A stretch of 49,882 bases of DNA, the filler included, from Trypethelium eluteriae (lineage: Eukaryota): the NCBI GenBank assembly GCA_051942245.1. It is 2 parts of 2 records of this genome, joined end to end, with 100 filler letters (N's around TTAATTAATTAA, not from the genome) between each part and the next. Parts side by side here need not be neighbours in the genome. Positions count along the whole stretch, not along the records: positions 1 to 24,900 come from JAVECL010000390.1; positions 25,001 to 49,882 come from JAVECL010000391.1. One strand, written 5' to 3'. The translations under genes and the position numbers were made by a program. The notes beneath the pieces were generated by a model, which was not told the DNA's origin, did no database searches, and saw only the letters and a list, made by a program, of their open reading frames with translations. Below are positions 23,087 through 34,800 of this stretch, one piece after another. Numbering within the stretch: the stretch's first letter is position 1; each line of letters opens with the position of its first letter.

Positions 23087-23909
23087 ATGCGTCTGTCTTT
23101 GACCCTCTTTGCAGCTTTGGCTGGCATGACTCTCGCCGCTCCCTTCGCTAGTATATCTGGTATGTGTGTTTCATCGTCTTCTGGCAAAGCCAACGATTTA
23201 GATGAGCTTACCCGAAGTTCTAGAGCGTGACCTTGAGACAAGAGAGCTTGTAGAGCGAGACCCACAGCGCGATGGGCAGCATTACTCCAAGCGATCCCCT
23301 GATCCAGATCCTCAACGCGACGGTCAACATTATTCGAAGCGATCTCCTGAGCCTGAGGCGAAGCCGGAGCCGCAGCGCGATGGACAGCATTATTCCAAAC
23401 GGTCTCCTGAGCCAGTACCGCAGCGTGACGGGCAGCATTACTCAAAGCGAACTCCGGAGCCGGAGCCAGTCCCTCAACGCGATGGACAACATTACTCCAA
23501 ACGAGCTCCCGAGCCAGAGCCGGAACCGCAGCGTGACGGACAGCATTACTCCAAGCGATCCGCGGACCCCGAGCCGGGACCGCAGCGTGATGGGCAGCAC
23601 TATTCTAAGCGATCCCCGGAGCCGGAGCCGCAACGTGATGGACAGCATTATTCTAAACGATCTCCTGAACCAGAGCCAGAGCCAGAGCCGCAGCGTGATG
23701 GGCAACACTATTCCAAGCGGTCCCCTGAGCCAGAGCCGCAGCGTGACGGGCAACACTACTCCAAGCGATCTCCTGAGCCAGAGCCACAGCGTGATGGCCA
23801 ACACTACTCTAAGAGATCTCCTGGGCCAGATCCTCAGCGCGATGGGCAACATTACTCGAAGCGATCTCCCGAGCCTGAACCGCAGCGTGATGGACAGCAT
23901 TATTCTTAG
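23087..23909 (+). CDS. Secreted Kex2-processed repeat protein (KEP), putative RiPP precursor with 13 x QRDGQHYS
   Basis: Exon 1 (23087-23159) encodes signal peptide MRLSLTLFAALAGMTLAAPFASIS; intron GTATGT from 23160 to an in-frame AG at 23223 (or 23217); then 13 cores separated by KR plus XP/XA dipeptide spacers; last core directly precedes the stop. Confidence 0.93.
23265..23906 (+). repeat. Coding tandem repeat array, 13 cores with 48-60 bp periodicity
   Basis: CARCGYGAYGGNCARCAYTAYTCN repeated with synonymous variation. Confidence 0.95.
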
Positions 23910-24900
23910 AAACAACGTCGTCGGGGTTTCGGTATGACCTCAGAGCGGTTGACAGGGAGGAAATCTCTCAGTCCACAGATCAATGGCAATCCACTCGTCA
24001 GACTGAGTGCAATGGGTGGAGAACAAACCATCCAGCGCGGGATCCAACATCCCCGCCATAAAATTAAATCGTTCCACTGACCAATTGTTTGTGTACCTTA
24101 TGAATGATGTGACGTGCAGCATGTTGAGGCAATGTTCAATTCACCTACCGCGAGATTGAGAAAGTGTGTGTTTCCTACTTGCTAAGATGCAAGTCATATT
24201 TCCTAACGCTTCAGAGCACGTACTCGTGGAGAGTATGACGAACCTTGCACCAAGTACCTTTTGAAGCAGAAGCCTTCGTGACTGAGCTTATATCTGTAAG
24301 GAAGTGGACATGAAACCACGTGAGCTAACAGGCACTTTGGGGACATGATTAGGTCTAATAAGAGCATGGAGATGACAAGTAGAGGAGCTTGGTTTAGTTA
24401 TCGAAGGAAGAAAGCCTGAGTGCAAGCTTTGCCGAAAGTGAAGTGGAGTAGTACTCTATGGGGTAACGAATAACGAGGTCCGTAACCAATTCTGCTAGTG
24501 GCAGAAAGTGTGCTGACATAATCACTATTAGCGCTTACTGGGGGTGTAGATCTGCCAACCATTCCGGTTCTCTAAGGTAAGTTTGAAATCCCTTTTTACG
24601 TATCGTACAGTTGCGACCCATGCAGCAAGATAGCCCTAAGTAATCGCTTTGGTAGATCCTATCGGCAGCATGGGTTTATGTCATTGTGCACCATAGGGAT
24701 ACACCGCTATGCTTGATGTTGTAACAAACAACTGAATCGGAGGAAAGAACTCAATTGACCTATCTAGGTCGCCCGAGGTGCAGGCTGCTATATAGACCTC
24801 CCTATCTAGGTGAGGGCGAAGGGAAATGAACTAATAGCTACAGGGCGTAAGGATCTACATGAAGGGATCCGAGCGCGCGTGAGATGTGGTAAACACCACC

Positions 24901-25000
24901 NNNNNNNNNNNNNNNNNNNNNNNNNNNNNNNNNNNNNNNNNNNNTTAATTAATTAANNNNNNNNNNNNNNNNNNNNNNNNNNNNNNNNNNNNNNNNNNNN
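24901..25000. other. Assembly gap / artificial contig linker
   Basis: 44 N + TTAATTAATTAA (stops in all six frames) + 44 N. Confidence 0.95.
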
Positions 25001-26082
25001 GGGAGGTTGGGTGGAGAGCGAGAGCGGTGGTGACGACGATGATGGCGATGGTGATGGAGAGGCAGGCTGGGAAGAGAGATTGGTTAGTGGCGGGAGACAT
25101 GCGTTTGGAGTTTGTAGAAGAGTGCTACTTACAAAGAACAGAGACGTAGGACTGCGAAAGTGAAGTACGCTTGATGGTCAAGACGAATGAGACGAGAACG
25201 GCAATGACACTCCATAGGATCGCGCAAAGACTTGTGTGGGTGATGTGCGTCATGGCAGTCTTGAAGGTGAGGATATGGGCTGCAGCAATGAAGACGAGAT
25301 TTAGGTATCCGGCGACCATAAATACCCACTCAAGGTAACGACCTCCCATGATGTATCCTGCATCGGCAAAACTTTGGATCGTTGGATGCTGCATTTTGAA
25401 CTTCCAAATAAGATATCCAGTGTAGGCTCCGAGGGCTCCAACAATGATTTGGCATATTAGACCTCTGTAAAATCTCGTTAATTGTCGGAAAGGAAGTGAG
25501 TCTTCGTAGACGTACGTTGCATATCCAAGTGTTGCTATCCCTGCTGGCAATGAAAGGATGCCAAGGGAAATGATCTCAGCTACCATCACTTCTCCGAATT
25601 AGCACTGTTTGATATGGAGTATTGTTACATTTCACACACAAAATCCAGCGTGCCTGTTACACGTTAGCGCTTGCCCTTATACTGCTAAAGTTATGATACA
25701 AACCCCCATTTCATAGTTTTGTACTGTTTGCCATTTTTATCTCCATCGTGGAAGGGTTCCTGCTCGATGATAGGATCCTGCGTGAAATCTGTCAGCACAG
25801 CTGAGGAGTAGCTAACGGATCAAGTGAACAAACCGGGGACCCGTCGAGCTGTCCTGACGCATCCGCCCTGTTTGTGTGCAGGCGACTAACAGTAGCCTGT
25901 GGTGTCTTGCTGGGACGGCCGACATCTCCATGGCCGTGATCGCTGGACGGGCGTCCGTCTGTCTGGCGAGTATACACTGATGTGAGAGGATGTTCTTCGA
26001 CCGAGCTCCAAGCTTCGGATTGTTGCCTATCTTCGTTGTTTTTCTCGCGAATTTTGGATTGCGACGCCATAGAGACCATCAT
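25001..26082 (-). CDS. Amino-acid permease (Aa_trans/AAAP, Neurospora Mtr-like), 3'-truncated at the gap
   Basis: Spliced QYKTMKW...MVAEIISLGILSLPAGIATLG, YTGYLIWKFKMQHPTIQSFADAGYIMGG; last visible exon ACLSITIAIIVVTT runs into the Ns; exact start codon uncertain. Confidence 0.85.
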
Positions 26083-27587
26083 GCGACCAAGCCCTCAAAC
26101 CTATGGACAGAAGAAAGTGATAGATCGGCGTCAACTCTTTGGAATAGCTACCAACAAAGAAACAAAACTGGCCCAGGGCCGCCTTGCAAGAGTAAGGAAA
26201 AGGTCCAGAATAGGGAGCAGGAGGGGGGCTTGTCTTATTCCGTACGCGCTTTGCTGAGCGGGAAGAGATGGCGTGCGAAAAGGGTATTTCGCAATGAGCC
26301 ACTTGTAAGAAATGGGTGCTAACTGAATTTAAAGGATGGACTAGATTGCTGACAATTGCTATATGCGATCTGGATGTGATAGATAGGTGATTGGTGGTAC
26401 GAGAACAGAGAACTGAGCCAGCTGCCTCGCACTTGAAAGGTCATCAGATACGCAACAGTAGGATCAATAACGAGAGAACATTTCTTGGACAATTAAAACT
26501 ACGAGCATTGAGGGTTCCGTCTATTTCCTCATCGGTGCACAAAGCAGGTGCGACTCTTGGGAATCTGTAGATGCCTACGAGGGAAAAAAGATAACGGCAA
26601 CAACTACGCCTGAAATTTCAGGAGTACCAAACATTTACTGGTTAGAGAGATAACAACAATGGAAACTCACCATACCAACAATTATGGTCCTCACCTTGGC
26701 TCGGCGACTCTTCCCCAAGATTGACTACTCCGTACCTAGGTAGGTACGGTCGAGTCGCTTACTAAGGGGGAAAAAGATCTGGTGGTCGCTTCATTTCGTA
26801 TTTGCACGATCACCGATTGCAACGAGCCATCTCTGGAGGACATGCACCCCCAAACGCACACCCAGCAAAGTGTGCATGATGCAAAAGAGTGCAGATGAAG
26901 AAAGAAAAAAAAAGAAAAGAAAAAAATGGTAGGATGGAAGCTAATTCCTGACTCGAAGCTTTCCGCCTGCAGCGCTCCGGGCCAGGTCAAGGCCAGCCGA
27001 GCCGACAACATCAGCACCAATCAAACACCGGCCGGGGCATGCACCCTCTGCGGTGCTCGACACTCGCTCTCACACGATCTTCGGCTGTTCTCCCCTCGCC
27101 CCTGAAGCCTGAGCCTAGGAAAGGGCCCCCAGTAAGCATGCATCTCGAGACTGTTACGGTGAGGTGCGGCACTGCGGAGATAGCTGTAACTACAGCGGTA
27201 CTACAACCAACCTCCTCCTTTTGCTCAACCTCTCCATTTCCTCGCCCCATGGTTTGACCGTTGCGCTTGTCGATTGCTATCAGCCTCCCTCTCTGTGCTC
27301 TGTGTATGACGGCCTAAACGTGAGTTGCGCAGCTTGTCCTTTTATCTGTTTCGGATCTATACATAACCGCTTCTCCTCCTGCCGTGCGACCCCCGCCAGC
27401 GCATTATTTGCAATATCAGGCCACTGATCGTCCGAATTCCGTCATAAAGCTCTGCTATCCTCCTTTTTTTCTCTAACCTCATCTTGAACACCCCTTTTGC
27501 CCGACTATTTTTTGACCCCGTTGCTCACCTGCCTTTGCAGAAATTCCCTCACCCCTCCGATCTCATCCGCTTCCTCGAACCCTCACC

Positions 27588-28515
27588 ATGGTAGAGCTTC
27601 GCAAGCGCAAACCGAAGGAGGAAGCCCCCGCACCTCCTCCCAAGAAGAAGTCGGGACCTAAGCCCAAAGCTCCAAAAGAAGATACTAGCAAAGCGGATGT
27701 TAGCAAAGAAGATGTCGCCTCTGCTGTTCAAGAGGCTGCGGCTATTTCCGCCCCCAATGGCGCCGCTGCGGGTGCTAAGAAAGGTACCACTGCTACTGGA
27801 GCACCCAAAGTCGGCGACAGCATCGACCTCGAGGACTTTGGTGGGGAAATCGAGACACATGATGGCGAAAAGACAAGTTTGAAGCAGCTGGTCGCGGATA
27901 GCAAGTCAGGTGTTGTCATCTTCACATATCCCAAGGCCTCGACTCCTGGATGTAAGTTTTTTCCTTCAAATCTCACGCGTCTGGATCTTTTCGCCTCTCG
28001 CGCCTGCCTTGAGGCTGTCAAGAAACCTCATCATGCAAATTGGTGCGCCTCAGCTAATCTCTTTCGCGCATCTAGGTACTACGCAAGCCTGCCTCTTCCG
28101 CGACTCCTATGACCCCCTCACTTCCACCACCGGCCTTACCCTCTACGGCCTCTCCACCGACTCCCCCAAATCCAACACCAACTTCCGCACCAAGCAGTCC
28201 CTGCCCTACACTCTCCTCTGCGATCCGGCCGCCTCACTGATCGCCGCGCTCGGCTTCAAGAAGGCGCCCAAGGGCACCGTGCGCGGAGTGGTTGTGATCG
28301 AAAAGGTGGCTGGTCAGGAGGGACAGGGGAAAGTCTTGGCGGCAGAGGCTGGTGGCCCGGCGGCAACGGTGGAGGTGGTCAGGAATGCAGTCATGGGGAA
28401 GGCGAAGGACGGTGGGGGAAAGGGTGAGAACGAGAAGGAGAGGGAGGATAAGGAGGCTGCAGAAACGGCGACCGAGGTGGCGGACAGTGCGGCGAAGGTA
28501 GACGGGGAGGATTGA
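27588..28515 (+). CDS. DOT5: BCP/PrxQ-type peroxiredoxin, nuclear Dot5-like
   Basis: Basic N-terminus MVELRKRK; FTYPKASTPGC/TTQACLFRD across one intron; YGLSTDSPKSNTNF, LPYTLLCDP. Confidence 0.88.
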
Positions 28516-28952
28516 AAGGTGGAGTAGTGGGTTTGGGCTTGGGTATATACATGCTGTGGTTTCTGTTGGTTCGGAAAATGGATTGGGTTCGGGACGGGTA
28601 ATGAGCGGATTAATGAACCTGTCTGCTGGATCACGCACAGGTGTGATCTTGTACACCGACACATAGTGTTTCTATCACCTTGAATGTGGTGTTTCATGGA
28701 CTTCAAAGTCTCCAGGGTATCTTAGTACAGTCCCCTTTTGCAAGTCAACCTTGCCTCCCATCATCTCCAAAGCCTCTACTCGCCATTTGGGAACACTTGA
28801 GATACCTCTCAACGACCTCCTGATTGCTTCCCAACCCCTCAGCAACCCCTCACAAACCTTGCTCTCACGACTTCGACATACCGGACTGGGAAGTGATTAT
28901 CAGGACCCAAACATTGCATTTGACTCAGCCAGACCAACCAAAGACCAACAAG

Positions 28953-29939
28953 CTAGTGCTCAGCTGAAGTGTTTATATTGCCAACGAACCGTCTTGCGGT
29001 ATTCACATCACCCCTCGAGGGAGTGAAACTTTCCATCGGCGGCTGCAGTACAGCGAGGTGTTTTTCTATTAGAGAATGGATCTCATCCAGCTTCTGCAAG
29101 ACTGGTCTCATCCTTTTCTCGATGATCCGATCAATTTGTTCAACAGTCACGTTCGGCTGTCTCTCTTCAGCTTCGATCTCATGATCAACCAGCCTTTCGA
29201 GAGAAGCTGCAATGATTCTGCCACTCCTTGCTAAATCATCAAGACGAGACTCAGAGGAGGCTCGAGAACTGCTTGCCGTACTGGTCTCTCGAAACTCCGA
29301 GGTCGACCTGGCCGGCGGTGAACTTCTATCCCGTCTACCCTGTATCGTTCTCTGTCGCTTCCTTTGGTTCTTTCTTTCACGTGCGGTCGTGAATCGCAGA
29401 GCTCCTTGGTGAGCTGACGTCTTTGCACTTTTCGCCATCCGTTGACCTTCATTGTAAGCGTCAACGAATCGAATCCAAGCATCCACCGCCTGGACATAAT
29501 CCTGCCTCCTCCCTCTCCAGCTTGACGCCTTCTCCATGTCCATTCTTCGAGATTCTACCACTGTTTCCACTTTTCGCTTGCACGATTCGTCCGAATATTT
29601 GGCTCCCCCACGAGCATCAGCCAATCGAGCAGCGACCACCTCCCAGAAGTATGTGATACCGTTGGGTACGTAAAGGTCAGTTGTAGCAAGAGCGATTTGG
29701 ATAAGTAGGGTTGTGTCCTCTTCTGAAATCGGCTTCCCTCTCCGACCATCGGTTGATTTCGCTTGTAACTCCTTTTTCTTTTGTTCTGCTGTCTCCCTTT
29801 GGGTTTTAGCGATCAACAGCGATTGGCCTACCTCGGAAGTTTCGATGCTCTCAACAGACTCATGACCGAATCCAGGTATTGGAGTCTGAGGTGATTGCGC
29901 ACCATTGAAATTCTCTAATTGAAAGATGAATTGAGCCAT
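28953..29939 (-). CDS. Hypothetical protein with a Myb/SANT (trihelix/MADF)-like region and C-terminal coiled coil; possibly transposon-derived
   Basis: Intronless ORF; ISEEDTTLLIQIAL...YFWEVVAARL...SDESCKRKVETVV; heptad-like C-terminus. Confidence 0.55.
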   Translation of the reverse strand: MAQFIFQLENFNGAQSPQTPIPGFGHESVESIETSEVGQSLLIAKTQRETAEQKKKELQAKSTDGRRGKPISEEDTTLLIQIALATTDLYVPNGITYFWEVVAARLADARGGAKYSDESCKRKVETVVESRRMDMEKASSWRGRRQDYVQAVDAWIRFVDAYNEGQRMAKSAKTSAHQGALRFTTARERKNQRKRQRTIQGRRDRSSPPARSTSEFRETSTASSSRASSESRLDDLARSGRIIAASLERLVDHEIEAEERQPNVTVEQIDRIIEKRMRPVLQKLDEIHSLIEKHLAVLQPPMESFTPSRGDVNTARRFVGNINTSAEH

Positions 29940-31862
29940 ACTATTCAACTTTCCAGATAATGTGGAACGAGCGCGATTTTTGATATGCTTTCAGCTGTCG
30001 TCAACGGTTCACAACTGTCTAACCATGAAAATTTAAGAGAATGCAACGCGTGACCTATGGGTCTGGAAGAATTCCGATTCAGAATCATCAGTTTCTGGTC
30101 TACTGAATCAGGGGGTTTAAGCAGGTTGGGAATCCCCATTGTCCAAGTAATCCCCAACCTCTAGCGTCTATATATAGATTTTTAATGAAGGTTAAAGCTG
30201 AGGTGGGTCAGTGAAGTCGCCCTCTGATTTGTGCTGCTAGAGCTAGCTAGCCGAACTTAGTATAGACGGTGACGCTACCGCCTATCTAATGAAACTGTGA
30301 AACTCTCCCCCAACATCTGGAAATGAGGGGGAAAAATAGATTCCTGTCGCACATATGAAGCCTAGTGGTTGCCCCTTTGGAGTTGAAAACAAGTTGAAAA
30401 TTCGGGTTCGGAACGTGCTTAAATTCCCTATTGAATAACTAGCCTTGTCGAGCTCTTATGTTCAACTTTTTAGTGCTTGAACCATCTCAGGAGAGATGGT
30501 CGTAATTGGTCGGCAAACGAGATTCTTTTCCAAGGGAGAAAAGTCGCTTTACCCTCAAAGGTGTCTAGTTAGCTATCAGCCCCGACGGTGAACAACGCGT
30601 TCAACTCGAGATTCACACGTAGCCTAAAGCGGCATCGTGATGGCGTTTTGAAGTTGAGAAAAATTGGGATATCATCATATCAACGATATTCAACTTGACC
30701 AGCCTCCTTAACCAGGGTTGGCGATTTGTGGTAGTGTACACAGTATGTGGAGACTGAGTGATACACCCTAAGGGGCTCTTTCGGCCCAGCTAATAACTAC
30801 TCATGTCCTTTACTGGCTAGTGCAACTTCAAATAAAGTACGGAGTACTTCTGCTGGATTTAGTTTGTCAAGTATTACAATCCTCCAGTTCTCCGAATGAA
30901 TCGCCGCATTCCCGACAGGATTGCTCCCAGTCCTCTAGTCATGCTAAATGCTATTAGAACGAGCTGAAGAGGACGTCCATCGAGGGTATCAAAACGATAA
31001 AAAGGACTGTCACGAAAAGGATCAACAAGAGATCAAATCACATGGCGACAATTATGTCATGCTAATGAAGCACTTCGAATGGCCAGCCGAGAACAATGGT
31101 AGAGAGACTTTACGATCTCAGGGGAGGATCTCTCGGTGTACAGGCAAGCGACATGAACTGCAGGAAAAGGACGCGAGCCCAGTGCATAGGCCACCTCTCT
31201 CGTTCTTGAGCACTACAATGCTTATCTGGAGTCCTTCCATAACGGACAAAGTATCACTTTGGCTGGTTGAAAGGGGAATTTTCTTCCGGAGAAGGGCATT
31301 TATGATGCTTAATCGCTTCATGGCCATTTCCAAAACTTGAGACCATTAGTGGAAGGTGAAAATCCTTACCTTCAGAGTATTGAGAGCAGCTCTGTGGAAA
31401 CTTAGTAGACTTGGCTTGGAACAACGATCGAAGGCAATAGGAAAAAAAAAAGGAGGAAAAAGGAGGAAAAAGGAAGCAAAGATTTTAAGGAGGGCTACAC
31501 AAGCCGGAAGGCCTCCAGCAAAAATTTCGGCCACCTCCAACGTAGTTAAGTTTAGTTCTCCGAATCTCCCACTTCTACCAGTACTTAAACACAAATTTAT
31601 ATGAGAATAACGGCCTTTTTCCGCGAAAAAGACACTAGCTAAGATGTAGTCGGATGGAGAAGCCTGCGGGGTATGGGTCCTTGCTGGTACCCTTGCCCTG
31701 TCTAGCGCAACGATCTTCTCGTCGTCATTTTTCCCGGACAGTCAATGTTGTTCCGATGTGCAATCAGGGAGAAAATGAGGCGCTATTTAAAGAAGCCTTC
31801 CTGCATATGGACTTCATGCTTGGGTCATACGAAATTCACGTACCTGAGGACCTATTCCTTGA

Positions 31863-34800
31863 ATGGCCCTTGGCACGATGGCTCTTTACGTTCGTTTGTT
31901 CGTTGTAGCTATCACTGCGGTAAGATGCGCTGGGACATACCTTGCAGAAATACTTCCAGATACCCTTGGCTCAAATAGTCTCCCGTTGAATGGTCGCGAG
32001 TATCCCCGAGATGCGAAGTCTGCCCAGAGAGATGCATTTCTGGACAATCTTGTCCATAACATGACCGTCCCAGAGCTCGGTATGGAAACTAAGCTTATCC
32101 CATCATTCTCCTAACAAGCCCGATAGTCTTGCAGCTACACCTCATGTTCGCCGATAATATCATTGGCCCGCATTCTGATAACGGACTATATGGTAATAAC
32201 CTCCCGCCTCATTGAGCGAGAGTATTGTTGTTCAGATCGGAGATAGATTATGCCATGCGCTTTGCGCCCTCTGCACCTATTGGCCTTATTCATGACTGGT
32301 ATCCAACAAATAAGTCTCAATACAACGATTTGCAGAGGTTGAACTCGGAGAAGGCTAGAATTGACATCCCTTTCTTGCAAACGGGCGAGTGTCTTCATGG
32401 AGTCGGCTCTTTCAAGCAGTCCATGTTTCCGCAATCCATAGGCATGTCTGCTTCCTTTGATACTGCACTTGTAAACCGGGTTGGCAGGGCCATTGGCACA
32501 GAGGCTAGCTCGATAGGCATTCGTGCTTGTTTTGCTCCGGTTCTCGACCTAGGAAAAGACCCCAGATGGGGAAGAGTGCAAGGTAGTTCCCCTGGAAAAC
32601 ACACACGGTCTTAGTGTCTCACTCCATCTACAGAAGCGTGGGGTGAGGACATGATCTTGACCTCACACATGGGTGTTGCGTACGCGTCAGGTCTGTCAAA
32701 GAATAGCTCGTGGTCGGAACCCGATGCTGTTGTTCCGGTGATGAAGGTCTGATACCTCTTCCAATCCCTTCGTGAAGCAGCTGACTCTCGAAAACCAGCA
32801 TTTTGCAGCCCACGGAAGTCCTCGTGCTGGTCACAATACTGCTCCTTTCATGGGACGCGGTGTACGACAAGTCCTAGCTGAGATGCTCGTCCCATTCAAG
32901 GCAGTCGTTGACCTGGGCGGTGTCAAAGGGGCAATGATGGCATATTCCGAGTTCGACGAAATTCCATGTTCTGTGCATCCACTTCTTTATCAAGCTCTTG
33001 AAGACTGGGGCTTTGATGGTAGTTCCCACGCTCTTGTAATGGGACCCTAATAGTAGCTAACAGCGTGCAGGTTATATAACGGCGGACGATACAGGTATTT
33101 CCAACTCCATCAATTCCTAGCTCTTCAGAGTATTTACAGCTTCAGGTCTGGCCGAGCTTTATGCAACTCACCTTGTGGCTAGCTCGCCAGCGGACGCGAT
33201 AGCCCAATGGCATAATGCTGGAGGCATGGTGCAGTATTACGACTTCCCACTTGATTTGTATCTCAATGTATGTGACAGGTCGCACGCGACTATATGCAGT
33301 TCTCCTGACATCAATCTCAGGCAACAGTGGCCTTGGTTGCCAACGGTACTTTAACCATTGAAACCCTGCAGTCTCTAGCAAGAAGAGTCTTGGGTGTAAA
33401 GTATGATCTAGGACTATTTAATAACCGTTACATCCCGGATGATGTGGACTCGCAGGCAATCACAGCTTCCCATGTTCCACTTACCCTCGAGGCTGCACAG
33501 AAAAGCATAGTGCTACTGGAGAACCGGAATGCAACATTGCCACTGAATCTGAAAGAACAAAGCATCAATAGGATCGCAATCATTGGTCCTTATAGCGACA
33601 TATTTAATTATGGAGATTACTCTGGACAGTGGGGAGGTTACCCTGTTGCAAACGCTACGACTATACGACAGGCTATGCAGGCATATCTTGCAGCAAACTC
33701 TTCAAGCACAGAAATTGTTACGAGCTGGGGATCAAATACCTGGCTGTACAACTCTCAGTACAATATTCCGCCGTACCTACTTTCTTCCAACGGTACAGCT
33801 GGGGGCTTACTAGCAACTTACTATGCAGGGGTTAATTTCTCCGATGCAGTCTTTCAGAAACAGGAGACACCAAGCCTGGACTGGGGGCTCTACCCACCAA
33901 ATGGCCTCCCTTCCAATAATTTCAGTGTCGTGTGGGAAGGCGAAATGACTGTTCCTGTTGATTCTGAAGTCAACGGATGGCTGGGTGTTGCCGTGTATGC
34001 AAATACAACAGCCCAGCTCTACGTGGATGGCCAATTCCTTGTCCAATCCAATGCTACTACCTCGGGCAACATACTACCGAACATCGAGTCATTATCGTAC
34101 TCGGTCGAGAATGCGACATTACCTCCACCAGGCTCTGCATCGTTTCAATTCATACCAAGAGCCACGCATAAAATACGCCTCGAATACCAGGCCTGGAATT
34201 ATGTACAAAAGTTTGAAAATGAGAACTCACTCAATGCGCAGATATTGCTGTTCTGGAATTTGGTAGATCAGAACGATCCTATTGAAAAGGTTTGGATCTA
34301 TCCAGCATATTTCAAGTACAATAGTTAACTTATCGCCACAGGCCGTCAATCTTGCGAAGACTTCAGATGTCGTCGTTCTCACCGTGGGCGCGAATTGGAA
34401 TTCGGATGCGGAAAACGGTGATAGGGGCACTCTAGGACTTTCTGCGAATCAAAGTAGAGTTTCCACTGTTAGGTTCGGAAAGCAAAGACTAATACAGCTC
34501 TAGCCGCCCTTGCGGATGCTATCTTCGCATTGGAGAAGCCTGTCATCTTGGTGCTTCAAGGTGGACGTCCATTCGCAATCCCTACATATTACAGTAAAGC
34601 TGCAGCTGTGCTTAAGGCGGTACGTACAGACGGCCTACTGACCGAGGACCTTCGCTCATCTTTGCACAGTTTTTTCCGGGGCAGTCAGGAGGCCAAGCGA
34701 TTTCTGATACACTTTTCGGAATATCAAACCCCGGCGGGCGAGTACCTCTCAGCGTTCCCTATGATGTAGGGACATTGCCAGTATATTACAAGTAGGTATG

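Noticed and set aside
23265..23906. CRISPR-like or non-coding tandem array; RGD mimic
   Set aside because: Eukaryotic context, variation confined to synonymous sites and in-frame spacers; the motif is RDG, not RGD
23087..23909. Alpha-type mating pheromone precursor (Kex2/Ste13 layout, N-terminal Q, GQ motif)
   Set aside because: Pezizomycotina alpha-pheromones typically follow WC...GQ.C(W); this core has no Trp or Cys and sits beside four DUF3328 genes. A signalling role is not excluded.
23220..23937. Alternative-frame and antisense ORFs over the repeat (221 aa +, 157 aa -, 72 aa -)
   Set aside because: By-products of the repeat; only the QRDGQHYS frame is conserved between units and links to a signal peptide
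24945..24956. TTAATTAATTAA palindrome
   Set aside because: Symmetrically embedded in Ns; an assembly linker, not biological sequence
25001..26082. Amino-acid permease as the RiPP exporter
   Set aside because: Lies across an artificial join, and AAAP permeases are not typical dikaritin transporters
30948..31604. Short ORFs on both strands upstream of the GH3 gene
   Set aside because: No convincing motif or splice model; includes an A-rich low-complexity tract
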